DNA of 64,000 nucleotides from a virus. The notes below the pieces were generated by a model. The model saw nothing but the letters and a program-made list of their open reading frames with translations. It did not search any database and was not told the DNA's origin. The stretch covers positions 12,090-76,089 of the IMG/VR virus record IMGVR_UViG_3300036985_010228, one strand, 5' to 3'. A program made the translations under genes and the position numbers. The number at the start of each line of letters is the position of its first letter. Positions within the stretch are counted from its first letter, which is position 1. Below are positions 58,301 to 64,000 of this stretch, piece after piece.

Positions 58301-58521
58301 TCGTGGACCCGGCCAGTCAGATCCAATACGCCCAGGTCGAGGTCAATCTCGGACCTCTCGCAACGCTCTTCCTGAATGGGGAGGGGAAGTGCCCCGTCCT
58401 CGTGTTGGTTGCCCTCAAGGACAACGCCACCGGGAAGGCGCTGGATTGGAAGAATGTCCCCCCAACAGATCCGACCAGTGCCTGTAGAGGGCTCGTCGGG
58501 ATCGAGGTGGTGGTCCCATGA
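55360..58521 (+). CDS. Large virion structural protein
   Basis: 1053 aa; HLADPAGAHAASAIS...DVEGALGEL N-terminal motif; ERFLDEVYR. Confidence 0.7.
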   Translation: MPRRVDPSSILTGAGSAIPGSVSASAVTSGDTGSTSGTLDAHLADPAGAHAASAISIQDLFERYLAGDVEGALGELAALVPPAPGPIGSAGPPWLGSTNTGVPDWGVLKLWDGALNLSSVNSPNSIYPYYWRAPISATGTGVDTWSDPTFNVEDTVGPNVYTGGGMGKAHAGFVTVSMNPGGFPPPADGYPSWRILPSLPLSAGGDVASVVSGIVSPADRGVLALVTWPAGDIAAPLAATSVAEIQARCLAALVLGQGLSSGSGGCDGAPGGIFTVGSPTPYDFPGQAAGQFELDEIHTGVPRVGGTAPVANPAAGQVRLLTDPTAVPVTFVPPTVVGGLPIFGATPAATGGGTVSNFFAYRLPYLKDYSALTGLVYTPAFEKDRFLSKIQPALPPATPMSSGGSYDDFTADYWAIQIARYRHRFVLGVGAPAALRRDGSYALVHFRREQFFEEYVRDGIVPTADKVYSVNLVNWSGAAQVDNLVDLTLLAPTASPAYAVNTSEVSEDPNVNVPALFGINTFTLSLKGGATTTKVSGVNYLVPRDPSLQDANPLSYNLGITDLEVTITDVFGDSYRSHDTVPTAGPLLGDTRFQALNQNPVFLSFSSFSYEGNENIATPASTISIGSAPFAAALFSASLGQVRRQRVEFGYADLDGTGPAPAANAVISTGAFAIPNGLLFTGDANTPVFTEDAKVRVSVRKALNVDPVTGYPKPLVPFDLPSFVAEKYLYHSMKEINDPPGSVKPTYGNPANTTNAVWNATKDREERFLDEVYRYPAIWDTTVPLPVAQVQNLIGPGLPWGFAPVPVQVRPGPLGGSYDGYYLQGFSGTSLISGPPFTVELQVAGLPERNPPYTDGLDAPFPSRGVLLYPKDNYSIGYNPVGPDYSTASTGSPRIYQRVFDAGAANVGASSITLRFWGVTLADFAFAGPGPGGLGLACLAKVPGLTAWLDVGRPDGAGPSKQDPALDGAGCLVVGPNTFDFVDPASQIQYAQVEVNLGPLATLFLNGEGKCPVLVLVALKDNATGKALDWKNVPPTDPTSACRGLVGIEVVVP

Positions 58522-58646
58522 TCGCTGAAGCCCTACGTCGTGAACTGGCCCGCCGCATTGCGGCAAAAGCAGAGCAGGTCCGCCTCGCTGCGGTCCGTGC
58601 TGCTGTCCGTGCAGAGATCCAACGCCTGACCACCCCACCCAAGTAG
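58518..58646 (+). CDS. 42-aa Arg/Ala-rich helical peptide (not in the ORF track)
   Basis: ATGA-coupled; MIAEALRRELARRIAAKAEQVRLAAVRAAVRAEIQRLTTPPK. Confidence 0.45.
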   Translation: MIAEALRRELARRIAAKAEQVRLAAVRAAVRAEIQRLTTPPK

Positions 58647-58649
58647 ACC

Positions 58650-58904
58650 ATGCTGAATATGCACGACTTCAGGGGCTTCTACACCACCTTCCCAGGGGCG
58701 TGTGGGCCTGACGGTCGCTGCCTCACCTGTGGCAAGCCAGGGGACACAACCGGGTGCTCAGAGTGTAGGAGGACCCACACCGTGTCCTCCTACACGGTCA
58801 CTGTGGTCCCGCCGTTAGTATCACCACAGGTGTTCTGCGGACATGGCCGACAAGACGGGCACCTTTGCCCACATTGTCTAGGGATCTCAAAGGGGTACGG
58901 CTGA
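58650..58904 (+). CDS. Small Cys-rich protein
   Basis: Three CxxC pairs. Confidence 0.45.
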   Translation: MLNMHDFRGFYTTFPGACGPDGRCLTCGKPGDTTGCSECRRTHTVSSYTVTVVPPLVSPQVFCGHGRQDGHLCPHCLGISKGYG

Positions 58905-58940
58905 GGGTGGATAGCCAATAGGCCGCGTAAGTTACGACCT

Positions 58941-59336
58941 ATGGACGGCATACTCCAATCGACTTTCAGTCCCTTGCTTCAGTACGGCGTGCTGGGTATC
59001 AACACGATCGTCTTCGCCGTCGTGATCTACTACCTGTGGACCTCGGGGAACAAGGAGCGTGGGCTACTCATGACCCAGATCACGACGCTCCAGGACGCAC
59101 GGGTGGCGAGCGAGCACGCCCTTCAGACCGCCCGCGTTGCTTCCGAGCGCGAGATCCACGAGGCCCGTGTTGCCGACTACAAGGTCGTGCAGGGTACGCT
59201 TCTCGAAGTGACCCGACAGAGCACGGCAGCCGTTGCGGCAGCCACGTCAGCCGTGGAGGCCATGCGCGAGACCATGCTTGACACGAAGGCCACCTTGAAG
59301 GAATTGGGTGACGAACTGCGGCACCGAAGGAGCTAA
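58941..59336 (+). CDS. BhlA/UviB-like single-TM holin-type protein with coiled coil
   Basis: LLQYGVLGINTIVFAVVIYYLW...KER; three 11-aa ARVA repeats. Confidence 0.55.
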   Translation: MDGILQSTFSPLLQYGVLGINTIVFAVVIYYLWTSGNKERGLLMTQITTLQDARVASEHALQTARVASEREIHEARVADYKVVQGTLLEVTRQSTAAVAAATSAVEAMRETMLDTKATLKELGDELRHRRS

Positions 59337-59338
59337 CC

Positions 59339-59590
59339 ATGCCAGTCGCGAAAGAGAAGCAGGACCTCACACCTGTTCGTCCGGCGCGTGAGCGGAGGAT
59401 CAGCGAGGTGGACCAGGAACGGATCGATTCCGAGATCCGCGCCTACCTCTTCGACCTTCCACCCAACGTGGACAAGTTGCGTGCGTCGGCTGAGCAGGCT
59501 GTCAGAGAAGCCCGAGACCTCCGCATGGAGGCGCGCAGGACCACCACTGCCAGCCAGTCCGCCATGGCTCGCGTAGCCCCCAAGAAGTAG
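59339..59590 (+). CDS. Small hypothetical protein
   Basis: SD AAGGAG. Confidence 0.6.
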   Translation: MPVAKEKQDLTPVRPARERRISEVDQERIDSEIRAYLFDLPPNVDKLRASAEQAVREARDLRMEARRTTTASQSAMARVAPKK

Positions 59591-59698
59591 ACAGCCGCCA
59601 CAACCTGTGGCAGGCTCTTCGGGTGCTGACCCCCGTACCCAAACAGACCTCCTTCATGACCGGGCCGCTTGCGGCGGCTCGTCGAAGGAGAGTGTCTC

Positions 59699-60070
59699 AT
59701 GGGTCACCACAAGCGCGGGCGAGCGAAGAACCGTAGGGCTGGCTGTCTCTGGTGCAAGCCGCAGAAGGCCAATGGCCTGAAGGGCAGTGAAGCGCACCAG
59801 ACCTGGCAGGAACGCAAGTCGCGTGTCTCAGAGCATGAGCAGCGAGAAGCGGTCCTGTGCAAGGCTCACGTCCTGGAAGCCGAAGAAGACTTCTGGTGTG
59901 AGGGCGAGATCTCTGAGCAGGATTGCGAGTGCTCGGAGTGCTGCTCTTGGCAGGAGAGCCTCGCTGCTTCAACAGCGTATGAGCCTGAGCCTCTCAGGGC
60001 TCCGCTTCAGCCCCACCAGACGTACAGGGCTTCGCGCAGCCGGGGGAACACCTCGGGGATCTCCAAGTAG
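59699..60070 (+). CDS. Small protein with basic N-terminus and Cys motifs; SD in a hairpin
   Basis: SD GAAGGAG; MGHHKRGRAKNRRAGCLWCKPQK. Confidence 0.55.
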   Translation: MGHHKRGRAKNRRAGCLWCKPQKANGLKGSEAHQTWQERKSRVSEHEQREAVLCKAHVLEAEEDFWCEGEISEQDCECSECCSWQESLAASTAYEPEPLRAPLQPHQTYRASRSRGNTSGISK

Positions 60071-60534
60071 AGGCACACAGCCGCGACGCTCGTCGGGGCT
60101 CCGTCCTTGAGGTAGGGGTAGAGCCCTTGATTGAGGAACTTCCACCGATTGCGGGGACCGTCCTTCGTGTGCTCCTCGCAGTAGTCGATCGAGTCGTCGA
60201 ACCTGTACCAGTCGGGGTGCGAGGTCAGGGGCCGAATGAGAAGGGCGTCCTTCAACCCGAACTCCTTCCGAAAGAGGACGTAGTTGACGTTGTTCGCGCC
60301 CTTCTGGTAGGCCCATGACTTGGGCTTCTCGCACGCGAGGAGAATGTCCAGGTCGAAGTGCTTCTTGGCGTCCCCTCCGGCGAGCGTCTCGATCGCCGGG
60401 CGGTTCGCCGTGACCCACTCGTTGAAGGTGGTTCGGCTCATTTCGCAGAAGTCCTCGTAACGCTGCTCGAACGCCAGCGTCGGCTTGAACTTGCGGACTC
60501 CGTAGCCGATCGCCTTGTGGACTCGGATCCCCAT
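60007..60534 (-). CDS. Hypothetical protein
   Basis: Last gene of a minus-strand operon. Confidence 0.7.
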   Translation of the reverse strand: MGIRVHKAIGYGVRKFKPTLAFEQRYEDFCEMSRTTFNEWVTANRPAIETLAGGDAKKHFDLDILLACEKPKSWAYQKGANNVNYVLFRKEFGLKDALLIRPLTSHPDWYRFDDSIDYCEEHTKDGPRNRWKFLNQGLYPYLKDGAPTSVAAVCLYLEIPEVFPRLREALYVWWG

Positions 60535-60535
60535 G

Positions 60536-60841
60536 TCAGGTCTTCCCCTCTGCACGGCGGGCTAGCTCTGCGAGCGCCTGACGGAAGAGCCACCAGTACA
60601 GGTCGTCCTCCCCTGTCTCATGGGCGCGAGCGTAGTCCGCGATCCGCTCGCGAAGTGCCTCGACGGTGAGGTTTTCGTTGCTGGGCTCTTCGGACACCCG
60701 AAGCAGGCGCTCAAGCTCAAGCTCAGCCTCCTTTTGGTGTTGGCGGGCCTCCTGAACTCGAAGCTCCAACCACTTGGTGCGGCTGCGAGCCATTTCGCTC
60801 CGGGCCTTTGCGTCTTTGGTGCGGTCGTCTACCTCGCTCAT
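60536..60841 (-). CDS. Hypothetical coiled-coil protein
   Basis: ATGA-coupled. Confidence 0.6.
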   Translation of the reverse strand: MSEVDDRTKDAKARSEMARSRTKWLELRVQEARQHQKEAELELERLLRVSEEPSNENLTVEALRERIADYARAHETGEDDLYWWLFRQALAELARRAEGKT

Positions 60842-62130
60842 GTCTGTGGCTCCCTAAGCCTGTACGTCCGTGGACCAGAGGGGTCCTTCAGTGAGCCGAC
60901 CCAGATTGGGGCGATCCAGTTGCTGATCGAGGGACGCTGCTCCTTCGGGATCGGCGTGCCGTCAATCTTGCGGGGGCCAACCAGGAACGTGTGCCAGTGC
61001 CCCTTGCGAATATGCCCGGAGACCCTCCGACCTGTCGAGGTGAAGTCTCGGTCGCCGCCGACCTCTTGCTCGATCGTCGAGCCGACCCACACGACCCTGT
61101 GCTTGGGGAGCGTGTCGAGCTTGCGCTGAAGCGCCTTACCAGACCCCTTGCGCGGGTTTTTCACGCCCTTGAGCCGTGACTTCAGGCGGTCCCGCTCGTT
61201 GTCGCTCGTCACTGGGGCGCTCACCTCAGCGTTCGAGGCGTTCATGTAGAGGATCGTGTTGACCACGATCCGCATGAGCTTCCGGGCCGTCTCCTTGACG
61301 GTGTTGGCGTGCGCCTCCGTCTGACCCCGCTGGAAGAGTTCATGCTCGTGGTCGGACGCCTCTGCCCTCCGATTGCTCAGGAGCGAGGAGAGCGCATGGT
61401 CGATATTGATCCGACCACCCTGGTCTACCACAAGGGCGCGACCTCGGTGCTCCTTGAGGACGGCAGAGGTCAGCTTGGACTCTGCCTCTATGTTGGTGAG
61501 AGCCTCGCGCATTCTCGGCTTGTCCAAGCGCACGTCGAACTGGTCTTCGAGTCCAGTGTCCTCGTGGAACGGACCGAACGCGACCTTTTGCTCGTGGAAG
61601 CTCCTGCTCTGCTCTGTCCACCGGTCGAGGTCGAGACGGAACCAGAAGGTCGCGTCGTCCAGTGGGTCGAGGCTCTTCTCGTTGGCTGCGCCCCAGGCGA
61701 GAATGACGATCGCGTTGGCCGTGGGCTCCTTCGCCACATAGCACCCGGCGACCTTGTGCCACTGGGTCCGCTCCCCGCCCCACAGGACGAGCCCCTCGGA
61801 CTCTGGGGTCGCGAGGTAGAAGCATGGGTGGGGGAGTCGGATCAGGTCCGTGGGAATGTCCTCCAGGGACGTGTTCGCGAACGCCTCCTGCATTCGCGGC
61901 CCGACGCACACGACCTGCTGGTGGTGCCACTGATACGAGAGAACCAGCCGCGTCATGGAGTAGGTCGTCGAGTACGACCTCGCGAAGTCAGCCAGACCAC
62001 ACGACTCTCCGGTGGGGTCGTTGATTATCTCCAGCCGACGCTCAGCGTCGAGGCTGAGGACGTGCTTGAGGAACGGGACCTTGTGGTCCTTCAACGCCTC
62101 GAAGTGAATGCGTGGCTTGGGCAGTGTCAT
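60838..62130 (-). CDS. Hypothetical protein with C-terminal HxRxGHW motif
   Basis: HIRKGHWHTF...WIAPIWVG. Confidence 0.75.
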   Translation of the reverse strand: MTLPKPRIHFEALKDHKVPFLKHVLSLDAERRLEIINDPTGESCGLADFARSYSTTYSMTRLVLSYQWHHQQVVCVGPRMQEAFANTSLEDIPTDLIRLPHPCFYLATPESEGLVLWGGERTQWHKVAGCYVAKEPTANAIVILAWGAANEKSLDPLDDATFWFRLDLDRWTEQSRSFHEQKVAFGPFHEDTGLEDQFDVRLDKPRMREALTNIEAESKLTSAVLKEHRGRALVVDQGGRINIDHALSSLLSNRRAEASDHEHELFQRGQTEAHANTVKETARKLMRIVVNTILYMNASNAEVSAPVTSDNERDRLKSRLKGVKNPRKGSGKALQRKLDTLPKHRVVWVGSTIEQEVGGDRDFTSTGRRVSGHIRKGHWHTFLVGPRKIDGTPIPKEQRPSISNWIAPIWVGSLKDPSGPRTYRLREPQT

Positions 62131-62226
62131 GCGTCTACCCAGGAAGCGATTGGGAGGGGTGCCTCTTCACGATTCAACCCTTACGCCTTTTGATTTATCT
62201 GCCTCCCAGGTTGAGGGCTGCTTCCA

Positions 62227-62493
62227 ATGAGCTACGACGAAGACCCACCGACCCGTCCGCACCGTCGCCCTCCCTCCCTCTCCTTGGGGCACATTGAGAA
62301 GTGGGGCCTCATCGAGGCATGGCTCGTCGGGGACAAGGAACGCAGAGTCACGCTCGTGTCCGGGGAGAACGGCCTCAAGGTCATGGTCCACGACCCGATC
62401 CGGGGCATGGTCACCGAAGACGTTGGGCGGGACGAGGACCCGAGCGCGACCGTGTTGCGGTGCCTGGGGCGATTTTCTCTCCTGACCCCCTAG
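62227..62493 (+). CDS. Small hypothetical protein
   Basis: SD GAGG; typical codons. Confidence 0.5.
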   Translation: MSYDEDPPTRPHRRPPSLSLGHIEKWGLIEAWLVGDKERRVTLVSGENGLKVMVHDPIRGMVTEDVGRDEDPSATVLRCLGRFSLLTP

Positions 62494-62519
62494 ACAAGTT
62501 CGCGGCTCGAAGCTATCGT
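62491..62519 (+). promoter_or_regulatory. Sigma70-like promoter
   Basis: TAGACA-17 nt-TATCGT, ending 9 nt before ATG 62529. Confidence 0.65.
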
Positions 62520-62528
62520 CTACAAACC

Positions 62529-62549
62529 ATGCAGCCCCACCTCACGTAG
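62529..62549 (+). promoter_or_regulatory. Leader uORF MQPHLT ending in UAG; read-through frame VRSRGPPPQK... continues to TGA 62654
   Basis: ATG CAG CCC CAC CTC ACG TAG GTT CGT TCT CGC GGT CCT CCA CCA. Confidence 0.6.
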
Positions 62550-62623
62550 GTTCGTTCTCGCGGTCCTCCACCACAGAAGTTCGCCGCACGTCACCCGTGT
62601 CTCGAATTTCTCAGGAGGAACCC

Positions 62624-63070
62624 GTGGAAAAGAACGAACAGATCGAGGGACTGAAGAAGACGCTCACCGCAACGGTCGAGCGCAAGCAGCAGAACACCCG
62701 TGAGCGGGTCGCCTACAAGAAGGCGAACCCTTCGAGTGGCAAGTACGACGACCAGCGCGAGAACTGCATTCGCTCGTACTGGAAGGAGAACGCGGACCTC
62801 AAGGAGGAGATCCGCCACCAGGGGCTCGCCTACGCCTTCCTGCGGGGTCGGCGCTACTGGGTGACCGAGAGGGCGACCAAGAACCCCCCGGACGCTGGGA
62901 TCGTCGCTGGTGCTCTCGGCGGACCCTCCTTCACGGAGGCCGTCCAGGCGTGGCTCGACGAGAGCCCGACCCCGGAGGAGAAGCTCGCGTTCGAGCAGCA
63001 CCTCGCTGCTGCGGCTGTGAAGGCACGCGAAGAGTACAGGGCACGCTCTGCCGCCAAGAGGGCCGCGTGA
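62624..63070 (+). CDS. Hypothetical protein with RHxxLAYxFLRGxxY motif
   Basis: SD AGGAGG at 62613-62618, GTG 62624; IRHQGLAYAFLRGRRYWVTE. Confidence 0.8.
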   Translation: MEKNEQIEGLKKTLTATVERKQQNTRERVAYKKANPSSGKYDDQRENCIRSYWKENADLKEEIRHQGLAYAFLRGRRYWVTERATKNPPDAGIVAGALGGPSFTEAVQAWLDESPTPEEKLAFEQHLAAAAVKAREEYRARSAAKRAA

Positions 63071-63357
63071 AGGGCTACTTCGTCGCGTGCTCGACGGGCT
63101 GCTCTTGCTGCTCGAACGAGAACCACACCAGGGGTCCCTTCTCCTCCCGCGAGATTGCGGAGGGGGCCTGCGCCAAGTACCTGGAGGTGGGGATTCTTGG
63201 CTCTCAATACGCCCGCAAGGGCCGCTACCGGGTCGAGGAGTACGACGCGGAGCTTCTGCCGGACGGTAGGGTGATCGCCGCCAACGTGGTGTTCCCGAAG
63301 TGGAAGGACGAGGACATTCTGGTGGACGATCAGGTCTACCTGGAGATCGGAACGTGA
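63067..63357 (+). CDS. Small hypothetical protein with CSTGCSCC motif
   Basis: GTGA-coupled on both sides. Confidence 0.65.
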   Translation: MKGYFVACSTGCSCCSNENHTRGPFSSREIAEGACAKYLEVGILGSQYARKGRYRVEEYDAELLPDGRVIAANVVFPKWKDEDILVDDQVYLEIGT

Positions 63358-63665
63358 AGCTCTTCCTGGTGACCCGGCGGGACCTCTCCGCCGGGTTGCG
63401 GGCCGCCATGCTCTGCCACGCGCTGCGGGAGTTCAGGGCAGGCCACGAGAAGATCGACGCGGAGTGGTACGCCACCTCGAACACGCTCGTGCTCCTGGAG
63501 ACCGACGGCCTCGACTCGCTCACGGAGTTGGCCGACCTCGCCACGAGAAGGGGCGTCCCAATCTCCCGGTTCGAGGAGCCAGACCTCGGGGGAGTGCTCG
63601 CTGCTGTCGCTATCGGCCCGTCAGGGCGTAAGCTGGTTCGTGACCTCCCGCTGGCGTTTGCGTGA
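63354..63665 (+). CDS. PTH2-type peptidyl-tRNA hydrolase-like protein
   Basis: KLFLVTRRDLSAGLRAAMLCHA...W...TLVLL...FEEPDLGG...AVAIGP...LPL matches the PTH2 pattern. Confidence 0.8.
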   Translation: MKLFLVTRRDLSAGLRAAMLCHALREFRAGHEKIDAEWYATSNTLVLLETDGLDSLTELADLATRRGVPISRFEEPDLGGVLAAVAIGPSGRKLVRDLPLAFA

Positions 63666-63673
63666 GGGCACAT

Positions 63674-63745
63674 GGTCCCGTAGCCTAGTGGTTCAGGCAA
63701 CGGATTCTAAATCCGGCAACGCGGGTTCAATTCCTGCCGGGACCG
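63674..63745 (+). tRNA. Amber-suppressor tRNA, anticodon CUA
   Basis: Acceptor GGTCCCG/CGGGACC; D-arm GCCT-AGTGGTTC-AGGC; anticodon arm ACGGA-TTCTAAA-TCCGG (CTA at 63707-63709); T-arm GCGGG-TTCAATT-CCTGC; discriminator G; CCA not encoded. Confidence 0.88.
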
Positions 63746-63763
63746 CTGATCGTCGAGGTAGTC

Positions 63764-64000
63764 ATGAAGGGCGGCAACATCTCACGGCACAAGAAGACGA
63801 AGCTCGGTATGCTCCCTGGGGACATTCCGATTCAGGGCAAGGCTCGAATGCTGGAGAAGCGAGAGCGTGTGCTGCCTGAGTCAATGGACCCCAAGGGCAC
63901 GATCGGGGCGAAGTGCGCGAAGAGCTACAAGCGGGACGTGGTGAAGCTCGCAAACCGCAGGGCGAGGCGGGCACCAGTCGAGACAACCAACGAGGAGTGA
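63764..64000 (+). CDS. Small basic protein
   Basis: SD GAGGT; KRDVVKLANRRARRA. Confidence 0.6.
   Translation: MKGGNISRHKKTKLGMLPGDIPIQGKARMLEKRERVLPESMDPKGTIGAKCAKSYKRDVVKLANRRARRAPVETTNEE

Noticed and set aside
38434-58521. Bacterial contractile injection system rather than phage
   Set aside because: Linked to a phage-type replication operon, homing endonucleases and a tRNA, with no host genes.
63674-63745. tRNA-Pyl or tRNA-Arg(UCU)
   Set aside because: It has the canonical D-loop GG and TTC that tRNA-Pyl lacks. A TCT-centred loop leaves no paired anticodon stem.
1-64000. Genome-wide TAG reassignment (code 15)
   Set aside because: Genes up to 5.5 kb are open in code 11, and several TAG stops are followed closely by other stops or by intergenic motifs.

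Overview
GC-rich (roughly two-thirds G+C by eye), densely coding fragment of a large tailed phage, probably a jumbo myovirus. No host housekeeping genes, terminase, major capsid or sheath genes are visible in this window. Left to right: (i) end of a virion protein, a hexapeptide-repeat protein, a holin-like gene and a very large UvrD-type helicase; (ii) a replication operon (nucleoside deoxyribosyltransferase-like/NUDIX fusion, SNF2 helicase, degenerate DnaC-like protein, DnaB, stand-alone CHC2 primase zinc finger, family A DNA polymerase); (iii) a block of modular Gly/Thr-rich fibre or decoration proteins; (iv) a baseplate cluster (gp25-like, baseplate J-like, large wedge proteins) interrupted by three free-standing endonucleases and a four-finger C2H2 protein; (v) a translation-related operon at the right end. 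That last operon is the best candidate for an undescribed system. A sigma70-like promoter precedes a near-leaderless uORF, MQPHLT-UAG-VRSRGPPP, whose post-amber codons encode an RGPP arrest-type motif and can pair with the Shine-Dalgarno of a translationally coupled operon. The operon encodes a PTH2-type peptidyl-tRNA hydrolase and an amber-suppressor tRNA(CUA), suggesting a feedback switch that senses UAG read-through. The genome also appears to avoid CATC/GATG and several 6-bp palindromes. All family assignments come from motif recognition by eye; no database searches were run.
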